NCBI GenBank assembly: GCA_016432325.1
Contig: CP066684.1
Location: 714,112-778,111 of the forward strand
From: Candidatus Aenigmatarchaeota archaeon
GTDB lineage: Archaea; Aenigmatarchaeota; Aenigmatarchaeia; PWEA01; JACQIF01
DNA length: 64,000 nucleotides
Direction of reading: 5' to 3'
Part shown: positions 40,003 to 46,711 of the stretch, one piece after another
How the letters are laid out: each line of letters starts with the position of its first letter
Position numbering within the stretch: position 1 is the stretch's first letter
The notes under the pieces: generated by a model
Told to the model about the DNA's origin: nothing
Databases searched by the model: none
What the model saw: only the letters and a program-made list of their open reading frames with translations
Position numbers and translations under genes: made by a program

Positions 40003-41518
40003 CTTTCTTCACCACGTGCCCCTTGACTTCGTCGCCGAAGGAACGGTCTTCCTCGACCCGCTTTTCCGCGCGCTCTGGAACCATCTGCGGGAATAAAATG
40101 ACTTCCTTTATGGAGCTCTGGTTGGTTAGCAGCATCACCAAGCGGTCTATACCGATGCCTACGCCGCCTGTGGGAGGCATGCCGCACTCCAGCGCGCGTA
40201 TGAAATCTTCATCCATCTGGTGCGCTTCCGCGTGTCCGCGCTTGCGCATCGCGGCCTGCTGCTCGAAGCGCGAGCGCTGGTCTATCGGGTCGTTGAGCTC
40301 CGAAAACGCGTTGGCGAACTCGCGGCCCGTGATGAACAGCTCGAAACGCTCGGTGACGCCCGGTTCCCCGCGCTTCATCTTTGCGAGAGGCGACACCTCA
40401 ACAGGATAGTCCGTTATGAACGTCGGGTTAACGATTTTTGGTTCGACGAACTCCTCGAAGAACGCTTCGATGAGCTCTCCGCGAGTGGCGCCCTTGTCAG
40501 TTTCGAGACCGTGTTTCTTCGCCAGCGCGCGCAGCTCTTCCAGCGTACGGCCGAAGGTTTCGATGCCGGCTCCGCGCACGGCGTCTTCCATCGTGACGCG
40601 CCTCCACGGGGATTTGAGGTTTATCTTCTGGCCTTGATATTCGAATTCGAGCGTTCCGAGCGCCTTTATAGCAACGTGCTGGAATAGCCGCTCAACAAAG
40701 CCCATCATGTACTCGTAGTCCACGTACGCCTCGTAGAACTCCAGCATCGTGAACTCCGGGTTGTGCGTCGTATCGATGCTTTCGTTACGGAAGTCCTTGC
40801 TTATCTCGTAGACCTTTTCCATGCCGGCCACGACGAGACGTTTCAGGTACAGTTCGTCCGCGATGCGGAGATACATATCGACATCCAAATCGTTGTGATG
40901 CGTTTTGAACGGGCGTGCCATCGCGCCGCCGTATATCGGCTGCAGTATCGGCGTCTCGACCTCGACGTAGCCGTGCTTGTCGAGAAACTCGCGCGCCGCC
41001 TGTATAATCTTGGTGCGCGCGGCGAATATCCTGCGCACGTCGGGGTTCATCACCATATCGAGATATCGCTGCCTGTAGCGCACCTCGACGTCCTTCAAAC
41101 CGAACCACGTCGACGGAATCGGATAGAGGCATTTGGAAAGCAGCACGAGTTCTTCGGCCGCGATGGAGACTTCTCCCTTGAGAGTCTTCATGACCTTGCC
41201 TTTCGCGCCTATGTGGTCGCCGCGGTCAAGCAGACGGGAAATCCATGCGTACGCGTCGCCTATAGAGTCCGCGGACACGTAGACCTGAATCTTGCCTGTT
41301 GCGTCTTGCAAATCGATAAACGTCAGCTTGCCGTGAGTGCGTATGCCGTAGATGCGGCCCGCCACGCTGGCGCGCGCGCCTTCGTGCTTCGCGTAGGCGT
41401 TCACTATGTCTCCCGCGGTGTGCGTGCGGTCGTATGCGTACGCAAAGGGCTCGATGCCCAGCTTCTTCAACTCTTCCAGCTTGCGCAGGCGTTCTGCACG
41501 TGTGTCCATCGACTTCAC
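39980..41518 (-). CDS. lysS: lysyl-tRNA synthetase, class II
   Basis: 512 aa. OB-fold N-domain (VAGRIYGIRTHGKLTFIDLQDATGKIQVYV). Class II motifs FRNESIDTTHNPEFTMLEFY and GMPPTGGVGIGIDRLVMLL. Lys-rich C-terminal tail KGHVVKKVKKAGKK. Confidence 0.92.
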   Translation of the reverse strand: MKSMDTRAERLRKLEELKKLGIEPFAYAYDRTHTAGDIVNAYAKHEGARASVAGRIYGIRTHGKLTFIDLQDATGKIQVYVSADSIGDAYAWISRLLDRGDHIGAKGKVMKTLKGEVSIAAEELVLLSKCLYPIPSTWFGLKDVEVRYRQRYLDMVMNPDVRRIFAARTKIIQAAREFLDKHGYVEVETPILQPIYGGAMARPFKTHHNDLDVDMYLRIADELYLKRLVVAGMEKVYEISKDFRNESIDTTHNPEFTMLEFYEAYVDYEYMMGFVERLFQHVAIKALGTLEFEYQGQKINLKSPWRRVTMEDAVRGAGIETFGRTLEELRALAKKHGLETDKGATRGELIEAFFEEFVEPKIVNPTFITDYPVEVSPLAKMKRGEPGVTERFELFITGREFANAFSELNDPIDQRSRFEQQAAMRKRGHAEAHQMDEDFIRALECGMPPTGGVGIGIDRLVMLLTNQSSIKEVILFPQMVPERAEKRVEEDRSFGDEVKGHVVKKVKKAGKK

Positions 41519-41666
41519 CCATGTACGATGGATAATTGAAACCGCAGTTTCATATTGTCCATGAGAACCATTTGCACGCGAAGGTTATAAGAACGTTACT
41601 GAGAAGCCCGTTGGAACCATTCTTCTGAGACAATCAATACTCTAATCCATTCAAGACTCGCTTCCG

Positions 41667-42059
41667 CTACGCGCCCGATCGCCTTTTCTCCCAAGCGCGT
41701 ATCGTCTCCGTTGCAGTATCCCGTGCTCTGATGCCATCTCCCAGCATCTTGTATGCGTCAAAAAGTATGGGCCCGCCGTACACCATGTCAACCTCATCGA
41801 GGCAATTCTGCACGCTTTCCACTATCATGGTAAGGTCCTCCCTTGGCACACGTATCCCGTATTCTGTGATTAGGCCGAGAACGTTCCATGCCTCGTCGCG
41901 GTCGGCATCTTCTGCTTCGTGCGAGCCGCTTGCCAGATAATCCAGAACCTTTTCCCTGGCCGCGATCAGCTCTTCCTTTCCAAGGGCCTTATTCCGTTCT
42001 CGTATATCCAAGGCGCTGATTCGTTCTCGTTTATCCGGGTCACTGAATGAAGGCCTCAT
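41667..42059 (-). CDS. hypothetical protein (130 aa)
   Basis: cggTTTAAATAgc lies about 32 nt upstream of the ATG. No recognisable motif. Confidence 0.5.
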   Translation of the reverse strand: MRPSFSDPDKRERISALDIRERNKALGKEELIAAREKVLDYLASGSHEAEDADRDEAWNVLGLITEYGIRVPREDLTMIVESVQNCLDEVDMVYGGPILFDAYKMLGDGIRARDTATETIRAWEKRRSGA

Positions 42060-42105
42060 TGTACAACCGAGCCAATAACGCGCGAAAGCTATTTAAACCG
42101 ATGTC

Positions 42106-43164
42106 TCACTTCTCGGCCATTATCTCCTTGACCTTCTTTTCCAGATCGGTTTTGTAGGTCTCGGAACGGTCCTCTTTCGAATAGAAGTCGGTCTTCGCTG
42201 CCATCGATATCTTCGCCGCCAGAGCACGCGCGACCTTGCCCCTTTTCTCCTGCGGCGCGTGCTGGATGTACGGATGCGTGAACAGCAGTCCATACTTGGG
42301 CGGTCGCGCGTCCCGTGCGCCCTGCTTGCGCGACTTCATGAAACGGAAGAGCGCCTTCTCCGCGCCGAGGAGCTGTATCGTGGACGCAGGCATCTTGGCC
42401 AAACGCTCGAGAGAGCCGGCGTGCTTGATCATCTTCGCCGCCAGTATCGGTCCCGCGACGGCCGTTGTGTTGGGCGCGACTCCGGGCATCGCCCGTTCGA
42501 GATACATTTCGTAATCCCTTTTGAGGCCGAACAGGTCCACGGTTTCCGCGGCGTGCAGTCTTATCTGTTCGAGGTCGTCCTCCTCTATGTACGTGCCTAT
42601 AGTGTCTTCCTCGCGTTTCGCCCCGTCGACTATCGCCTGCGCGTACTTCTCGTTGTCGCGAGTCTTGCGTTCCAGTTCCGGATGGTAGATTCCGTACCAC
42701 TCGTGCAGGCGTTCTGACATCACGTTCGCTATCTCTGTCAGGTCTTCGATGGAAGCGACGGCCTGCGCGACTATCTTATCCTTGTTCGGTTTCGCCTTCA
42801 GTTTTTCCTTTGTTTCCAGCCGCGCGAGCTCGGAGAGCAGCGCGTTCAGCTCCTGCTGGTCCTTGACAAACCCCGTTTCGACTGCAAGTTTGCGGACGTT
42901 GCTCGCCGCGTACTGCGCGCCCGGGTTGCCGGGCTCGCGCGTTATCTCAAAGCCTTCGTACTCGAAACCCAGGTCTGTGACGAGCGCCTTGTCCTTGGCT
43001 GTCGCGAGAACCTCGTCCAGTTCGGGCGTAGTGACTCCCTTGCGCAGGACGTGCAGCCGCTCCTTGATGGTCGCTGCGTCCCTTGGAAACAGGGAGAAGG
43101 CTGCAACGTTGAAGTCCTTGTCCAGCGCGAAAACGCCCGCGTAGCAGGCTGTCACGTACAACAT
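42106..43164 (-). CDS. nop5: box C/D sRNP core protein Nop5 (Nop56/58)
   Basis: LAKMPASTIQLLGAEKALFRFMKSRKQGARDARPPKYGLLFTHPYIQ is the NOP domain signature. The start is trimmed to MLYVTACYAG (the track ORF begins at an upstream TTG). Confidence 0.88.
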   Translation of the reverse strand: MLYVTACYAGVFALDKDFNVAAFSLFPRDAATIKERLHVLRKGVTTPELDEVLATAKDKALVTDLGFEYEGFEITREPGNPGAQYAASNVRKLAVETGFVKDQQELNALLSELARLETKEKLKAKPNKDKIVAQAVASIEDLTEIANVMSERLHEWYGIYHPELERKTRDNEKYAQAIVDGAKREEDTIGTYIEEDDLEQIRLHAAETVDLFGLKRDYEMYLERAMPGVAPNTTAVAGPILAAKMIKHAGSLERLAKMPASTIQLLGAEKALFRFMKSRKQGARDARPPKYGLLFTHPYIQHAPQEKRGKVARALAAKISMAAKTDFYSKEDRSETYKTDLEKKVKEIMAEK

Positions 43165-43256
43165 ATCCGACCGCTCCTCTGAAAGGGTCGCTCGCGAAGG
43201 TTTAAATAGCTCATGCCGCAAGGGCGGGAGCTTTAAACCGCCCAGCGCCCGGAAGG

Positions 43257-43264
43257 TTTAAATA
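43257..43264 (+). promoter_or_regulatory. TATA box (ggTTTAAATAgg) for rps17e
   Basis: Centred 26.5 nt upstream of the ATG at 43287. Confidence 0.6.
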
Positions 43265-43286
43265 GGCAACGTCTAAACCTCCAGCT

Positions 43287-43580
43287 ATGGGAAGAAACGA
43301 AACCTTCGGTTTCAATCTTCCCCGTGAGTTGAGCTATATGGGAAGAATAAAGACCGCGCAGGTGAAGTCTCTCGGCAAGGATTTCGTCAAGGCCTATCCG
43401 GACAGGTTCACGACAGACTTCGACAAGAACAAGGAGATTCTGGCGACGGCCCAGATGAAGTCCAAGTGGCTCAAGAATCGTCTGGCCGGATACACGGCGA
43501 AGCTCATGAAGCAGAAGGCCCGCGGCGTCATCATAACCGCTCCTCAGAAACAGGAAGAAGAGAAGAAGGAAGAGACATAG
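43287..43580 (+). CDS. rps17e: 30S ribosomal protein S17e
   Basis: MGRIKTAQVKSLGKDFVKAYPDRFTTDFDKNKE...KNRLAGYTAKLMK matches S17e. Homology begins at the second MGR (43338), but the TATA spacing favours the leaderless ATG at 43287, so the start is ambiguous. Confidence 0.85.
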   Translation: MGRNETFGFNLPRELSYMGRIKTAQVKSLGKDFVKAYPDRFTTDFDKNKEILATAQMKSKWLKNRLAGYTAKLMKQKARGVIITAPQKQEEEKKEET

Positions 43581-43587
43581 TGGGATT

Positions 43588-43956
43588 TGGTGCGGAGGGC
43601 CGGACATTCTCCATGAATGCGCCAAGGCACATCGTGCCCGCAGGCGGATTTTTCATGAAAGTTTTTGCACGGAAGTGTGCAAAAAGTTTCGAACCGACGA
43701 ACGCACTAAGCGACCAGATATCTCGAAGCGCATTTTTGATTTTCGCGTTTCGGATAAGCCTTCTTGAGTGTTGCCTCTCACAGAGTTTCCTCTCGAAACT
43801 CAAGGAACTGGCACCGTTGGTCTACGACTTCGTGTCGGAAGACGTACTTTCCGTGCATCTCGGAACGCGTGCGTTCCGAGTTTCCGAATACCGTTCGGAA
43901 ATGCTTTTGCGCTCTGTGGCGCAAAAGCTTGCTTGGCCAGGCTTGGTTACCTCCGC
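43588..43956 (-). tRNA. tRNA-Leu(CAA), four introns (D-loop, anticodon stem 30/31, 37/38, T-loop 59/60), CCA encoded
   Basis: Exons are 43956..43933, 43816..43808, 43769..43763, 43719..43688 and 43604..43591. Acceptor GCGGAGG/CCTCCGC plus A plus CCA. The spliced anticodon arm is CCAGA-CTCAAGA-TCTGG (a perfect 5 bp). The variable arm TCGCTTAGTGCGTTC parallels that of Leu-GAG. T arm GTCGG-TTCGAAT-CCGGC. Mature length is 86 nt. Introns are 116, 38, 43 and 83 nt. Confidence 0.7.
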
Positions 43957-44015
43957 AAACTAAACCGACTTTCTTGCGGCAGGTACAAGAAGCTTTGCTT
44001 CTTGGTTACCTCCGC
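43957..44015 (-). other. promoter-proximal duplicate of the tRNA-Leu(CAA) 5' end, folded as a hairpin
   Basis: GCGGAGGTAACCAAG (44015..44001) is identical to tRNA positions 1-15. GCGG/GGTA pairs with TACCTGCCGC (43985..43976), enclosing the hairpin AAGAAGC-AAA-GCTTCTT. Confidence 0.6.
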
Positions 44016-44041
44016 ATTGCTAATCGCTTCAGAAACAAAGG

Positions 44042-44049
44042 ATATAAAT
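44042..44049 (-). promoter_or_regulatory. TATA box (ATTTATAT) upstream of the tRNA-Leu(CAA) locus
   Basis: Centred 30.5 nt upstream of the pseudo-5' copy at 44015. Confidence 0.55.
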
Positions 44050-44621
44050 CACTTAATCCTCGCAAGCTCCTTTTTCAGGTTGGAAAGCTCGCTCTGCAGC
44101 TCGGAGACGTATTGCGTTACGCGCGCCCGCTCCTTGGAGCGCGGTATCTCTATCTCCGCCTCTTCGGGGCGCACGAACTCGCCGTCCAGAGAGATGAGGA
44201 CGTCTGTGAGGTCCGTGACCGCCTGGCGCATCGCCTTCATGGTGCTGTCGCGGACGTGCTCCACTTCGTTCAAAAGGACCATTGTATCTGTCACGCTATG
44301 CAGGGACACCTTGATTTCCTCGAGCTTCTGGAGAATCTCCTTGTATCTGTCGATTTTGACGAACAGAGGCGCCATTTCTGACGCACGGAGAGTGCGTTCC
44401 ACGGTCTCACCGACAGGCGGCCCGTACACCGGCATCTGAGGAGCTTGCGGAACAGGACCGGAGATGGGCTGGGGCGTCCATGAAGGTGCAGGAGGCAGGG
44501 CCATGGAAGGCGGAGCCATCGGAGGCAAGGGCGGCAGAGGAGGTCGCGCGGCGCCCACCCTGTCTTTTACGGCCTGTATGTCCGTGCGCTCCTCGCTCTT
44601 CTTCCAGAAAGCCATTCGCAT
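44049..44621 (-). CDS. hypothetical protein: Pro-rich N-region plus coiled-coil C-domain
   Basis: The start is trimmed to MRMAFWKK because the ATG at 44663 abuts the TATA. It has PPLPPLPPMAPPSMALPPAP followed by a heptad-like helical part (LFVKIDRYKEILQKLEEIK...). Confidence 0.55.
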   Translation of the reverse strand: MRMAFWKKSEERTDIQAVKDRVGAARPPLPPLPPMAPPSMALPPAPSWTPQPISGPVPQAPQMPVYGPPVGETVERTLRASEMAPLFVKIDRYKEILQKLEEIKVSLHSVTDTMVLLNEVEHVRDSTMKAMRQAVTDLTDVLISLDGEFVRPEEAEIEIPRSKERARVTQYVSELQSELSNLKKELARIK

Positions 44622-44662
44622 CCCTATAAGTGTAACAACTGCATAGTGTTCAGGGGAACCCA

Positions 44663-44670
44663 TTTATAAA
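44663..44670. promoter_or_regulatory. palindromic TATA box TTTATAAA shared by tRNA-Gly (+) and the 44049..44621 gene (-)
   Basis: Centred 31.5 nt from tRNA-Gly position 1 and about 45 nt from the ATG at 44621. Confidence 0.5.
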
Positions 44671-44697
44671 CGTTTCAGCAGTTCTTATCGTTAACGC

Positions 44698-44824
44698 GCG
44701 CCGATGATCTAGTGGCATGATTCGAGCTTCCCAAGCTCGTTGTGCGGGTTCGATGACATCCTGTCCCATGGGGCGGGAGGTTTGAAACGCGAAGCGTTTC
44801 AGGAATATCCCGCTCGGCGCACCA
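44698..44824 (+). tRNA. tRNA-Gly(CCC), one ~53-nt T-loop intron (58/59 or 59/60), CCA encoded
   Basis: Exons are 44698..44753 and 44807..44821. Acceptor GCGCCGA/TCGGCGC plus A plus CCA. Anticodon arm CGAGC-TTCCCAA-GCTCG. T arm GCGGG-TTCGA[intron]AT-CCCGC. Mature length is 71 nt. Confidence 0.85.
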
Positions 44825-44840
44825 TTCTAAACCTTCTTGT

Positions 44841-44964
44841 CTCCGCCTCCTGCCGTGCACGGAAAACGGAAGTTTTCCGGCATTTTCGAACAGTGGTTCG
44901 AAAGGTTCGGATTGCATCCGAACATGCCGAAACGTCTATGCCGTTTCGTGCACAAGGGCGGGAG
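44841..44964 (+). ncRNA. candidate structured RNA element: four consecutive perfect hairpins closed by a long-range helix, immediately 3' of tRNA-Gly
   Basis: Hairpins: GGAAAAC-GGAA-GTTTTCC (44861..44878), TTCGAAC-AGTG-GTTCGAA (44885..44902), GTTCGGAT-TGC-ATCCGAAC (44905..44923) and CGAAACG-TCTATGC-CGTTTCG (44928..44948). Flanking GTGCAC/GTGCAC and CTCCGCC/GGCGGGAG pairings close the structure. The strand is uncertain. The 3' part overlaps the last ~9 codons of the GIY-YIG ORF. Confidence 0.3.
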
Positions 44965-45667
44965 GCCCGAACTGTATTCGTGTCGACGCCAGCGCATCCG
45001 TGAAGAGCCTCTCGTCCGCATCGTTCATCGGCGGCGCGCCGGCATGCTGGACGAGCCACATACCGCTCTCCCGGATCTTCTGGACTGGAGACGAGAGGCC
45101 CAGCCATGTCGGCGACACGCGGCATTCGTTGCAACCGGCCACCGTGCCGATAAGAGAGGCTTCCAAACCGTCCGTGCCCATGCGCTGCGTTTGATTATCG
45201 ACAACGATGAACCTGAATGAAAAGTTTTCGCGGAGGATGCGCGTGACCTCGGCTTCGACAGAGCGCTCTTTCTCAATGTCCCGCAACTTGAAGCCGGCTT
45301 CGCGCGAAGCGCGCGTTGTGAAGTCCTTCTCCCAGACAGCGAGGTAGGGATCGTTGGCGCGGTTGAGCAAAGCGCGCCCGATGTTTTTTCTGAAGATGCT
45401 CCTGTCGTGCGGCGGAGATTTCGTTGCGTCAAAATCCATCTTCTTTTCATCGACGAGGAAGTGCTCTGAAACGCGGCTGCGGAAATTTCCGTCCTTGTGC
45501 GTGCCTATGCGCACGATGCGCGGGCGCGAGCCTCCGTGGCCCCATGTCTCTCCTATCTCGTACAAAAAGTAGATGCCGTTGCGCGGAAGCGCGCTCACGT
45601 CAAAGGGCCACCTGACGAGCGGCAGCGTCTCAAGCTTTTCGTGGAGCGCCTTGCACGTCTGGGACAT
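44936..45667 (-). CDS. GIY-YIG nuclease superfamily protein
   Basis: LPRNGIYFLYEIGE...RIVRIGTH matches the GIY...YIG-type N-terminal motif pair. It is the last gene of a four-gene operon. Confidence 0.55.
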   Translation of the reverse strand: MSQTCKALHEKLETLPLVRWPFDVSALPRNGIYFLYEIGETWGHGGSRPRIVRIGTHKDGNFRSRVSEHFLVDEKKMDFDATKSPPHDRSIFRKNIGRALLNRANDPYLAVWEKDFTTRASREAGFKLRDIEKERSVEAEVTRILRENFSFRFIVVDNQTQRMGTDGLEASLIGTVAGCNECRVSPTWLGLSSPVQKIRESGMWLVQHAGAPPMNDADERLFTDALASTRIQFGPPALVHETA

Positions 45668-45675
45668 CGAAACAC

Positions 45676-46074
45676 CTACACTATTTCGGCGAGATGCGTT
45701 ATGAACCTTACGCGGTCCCGCAAACCCGATTCCGCAACCAATCGTTTGTATAGCGGATGGAAACGCCCGGGGTTGTTGTAGAATATTACTTCGTCGAAAG
45801 GAGCGAGCTTCGCGTTGAAATCCTCGACAAGCGCGACGAACTCAGCCACGCTTACGCTGTTCGGGTCTTTCTCGTACCATGCGTGCGAGACGTCGGGAAA
45901 CCAGACGCCGTGCAGGTCTGAGAGTATGGCCCATCGAACGCCTTGCGATCTGCACCGTTCCATGAAGCGTTGCGTCGGCGTGGCGGTGTAGAGTGCGTCA
46001 GGCCCGACAGCTTTGACCGTGTCGCGCAGGGAGTCATCCTTCTTTGCCGAGCAGTGCGTGAGATAGAGTTTCAT
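45676..46074 (-). CDS. hypothetical protein (132 aa; possibly DUF6884-like)
   Basis: MKLYLTHCSAKKDDS...PDALYTATPTQRF...WAILSDLHGVWFPD. I recall this pattern from DUF6884-type proteins, but the recollection is uncertain. Confidence 0.5.
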   Translation of the reverse strand: MKLYLTHCSAKKDDSLRDTVKAVGPDALYTATPTQRFMERCRSQGVRWAILSDLHGVWFPDVSHAWYEKDPNSVSVAEFVALVEDFNAKLAPFDEVIFYNNPGRFHPLYKRLVAESGLRDRVRFITHLAEIV

Positions 46075-46089
46075 CGGACAGCCCCTAAA

Positions 46090-46707
46090 CTACTGGAAAG
46101 CTGGATCGAACTTTTTTTCGTCGGAGCGTCGCTTGACGCGTTTTATCGCCCTCAATTTTTCGAGACTGGCAACTACATCTTTCTCTGACATGCCGACGTG
46201 TTGCGCTATCTCGGCAGGATCTCTGGTCGTCATCCATTCCAGTACCCTTGCCGCTTGCGCCTCTGGGATATCGAGGTTCTTCGCAAGAGCCCTAGCAGAT
46301 GCGGGATCCTCGTCGACGAATAAACATTTCCTTCCAGGGACGTCGCCTGTGAAAAAGTACTCCTTCGCGCCTATACGCAGCGAATTGATTGCGTTCTCCT
46401 CCACCATAATCTCGGGTCCCAAGAGTGTCAGCAGGCCTCCCATTTCATCGAAGCTAACGTATGGTCTGCCGTCGCGGCTTCTGAAATTGTAGTCTCTCGT
46501 CTTTTCGTCATATCGTATCTCGGCGCCAAGGCGCATGGATTTGGTTTTCATGCTCCCGCCCATAAGCGCATACCAAGCTCCGGCCACCCTTACGATTGGT
46601 AAAGCCCCTTCGACAGAGGACTCCTTCGTCACAAACTTGCCGTGCTCTTTGACTATTTCCTTGATTTCCTTGATAGAAAGCCGTCTGTTTGCATAACTCT
46701 TGGTCAT
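46090..46707 (-). CDS. hypothetical protein with C-terminal HTH-like segment
   Basis: The start is trimmed to MTKSYANRR, where the ATG lies 4 nt after the upstream stop and GGTGA overlaps that stop. EAQAARVLEWMTTRDPAEIAQHVGMSEKDVVASLEKL looks like a helix-turn-helix. Confidence 0.5.
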   Translation of the reverse strand: MTKSYANRRLSIKEIKEIVKEHGKFVTKESSVEGALPIVRVAGAWYALMGGSMKTKSMRLGAEIRYDEKTRDYNFRSRDGRPYVSFDEMGGLLTLLGPEIMVEENAINSLRIGAKEYFFTGDVPGRKCLFVDEDPASARALAKNLDIPEAQAARVLEWMTTRDPAEIAQHVGMSEKDVVASLEKLRAIKRVKRRSDEKKFDPAFQ

Positions 46708-46711
46708 CGAC

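Noticed and set aside
43466-44439. Track ORFs 43466..43963, 43764..44381 and 43768..44439 (+), and 43531..43803 (-).
   Set aside because: They cover the multi-intron tRNA-Leu(CAA) locus and the antisense strand of the 44049..44621 gene. No motifs are present.
7547-44824. Completely leaderless tRNA transcription, which would imply loss of RNase P as in Nanoarchaeum.
   Set aside because: Calibration against five leaderless mRNAs in the same window places the transcription start about 25-26 nt from the TATA centre. The tRNA position 1 lies at 27.5-31.5 nt, so short leaders of 2-6 nt are more likely than none.
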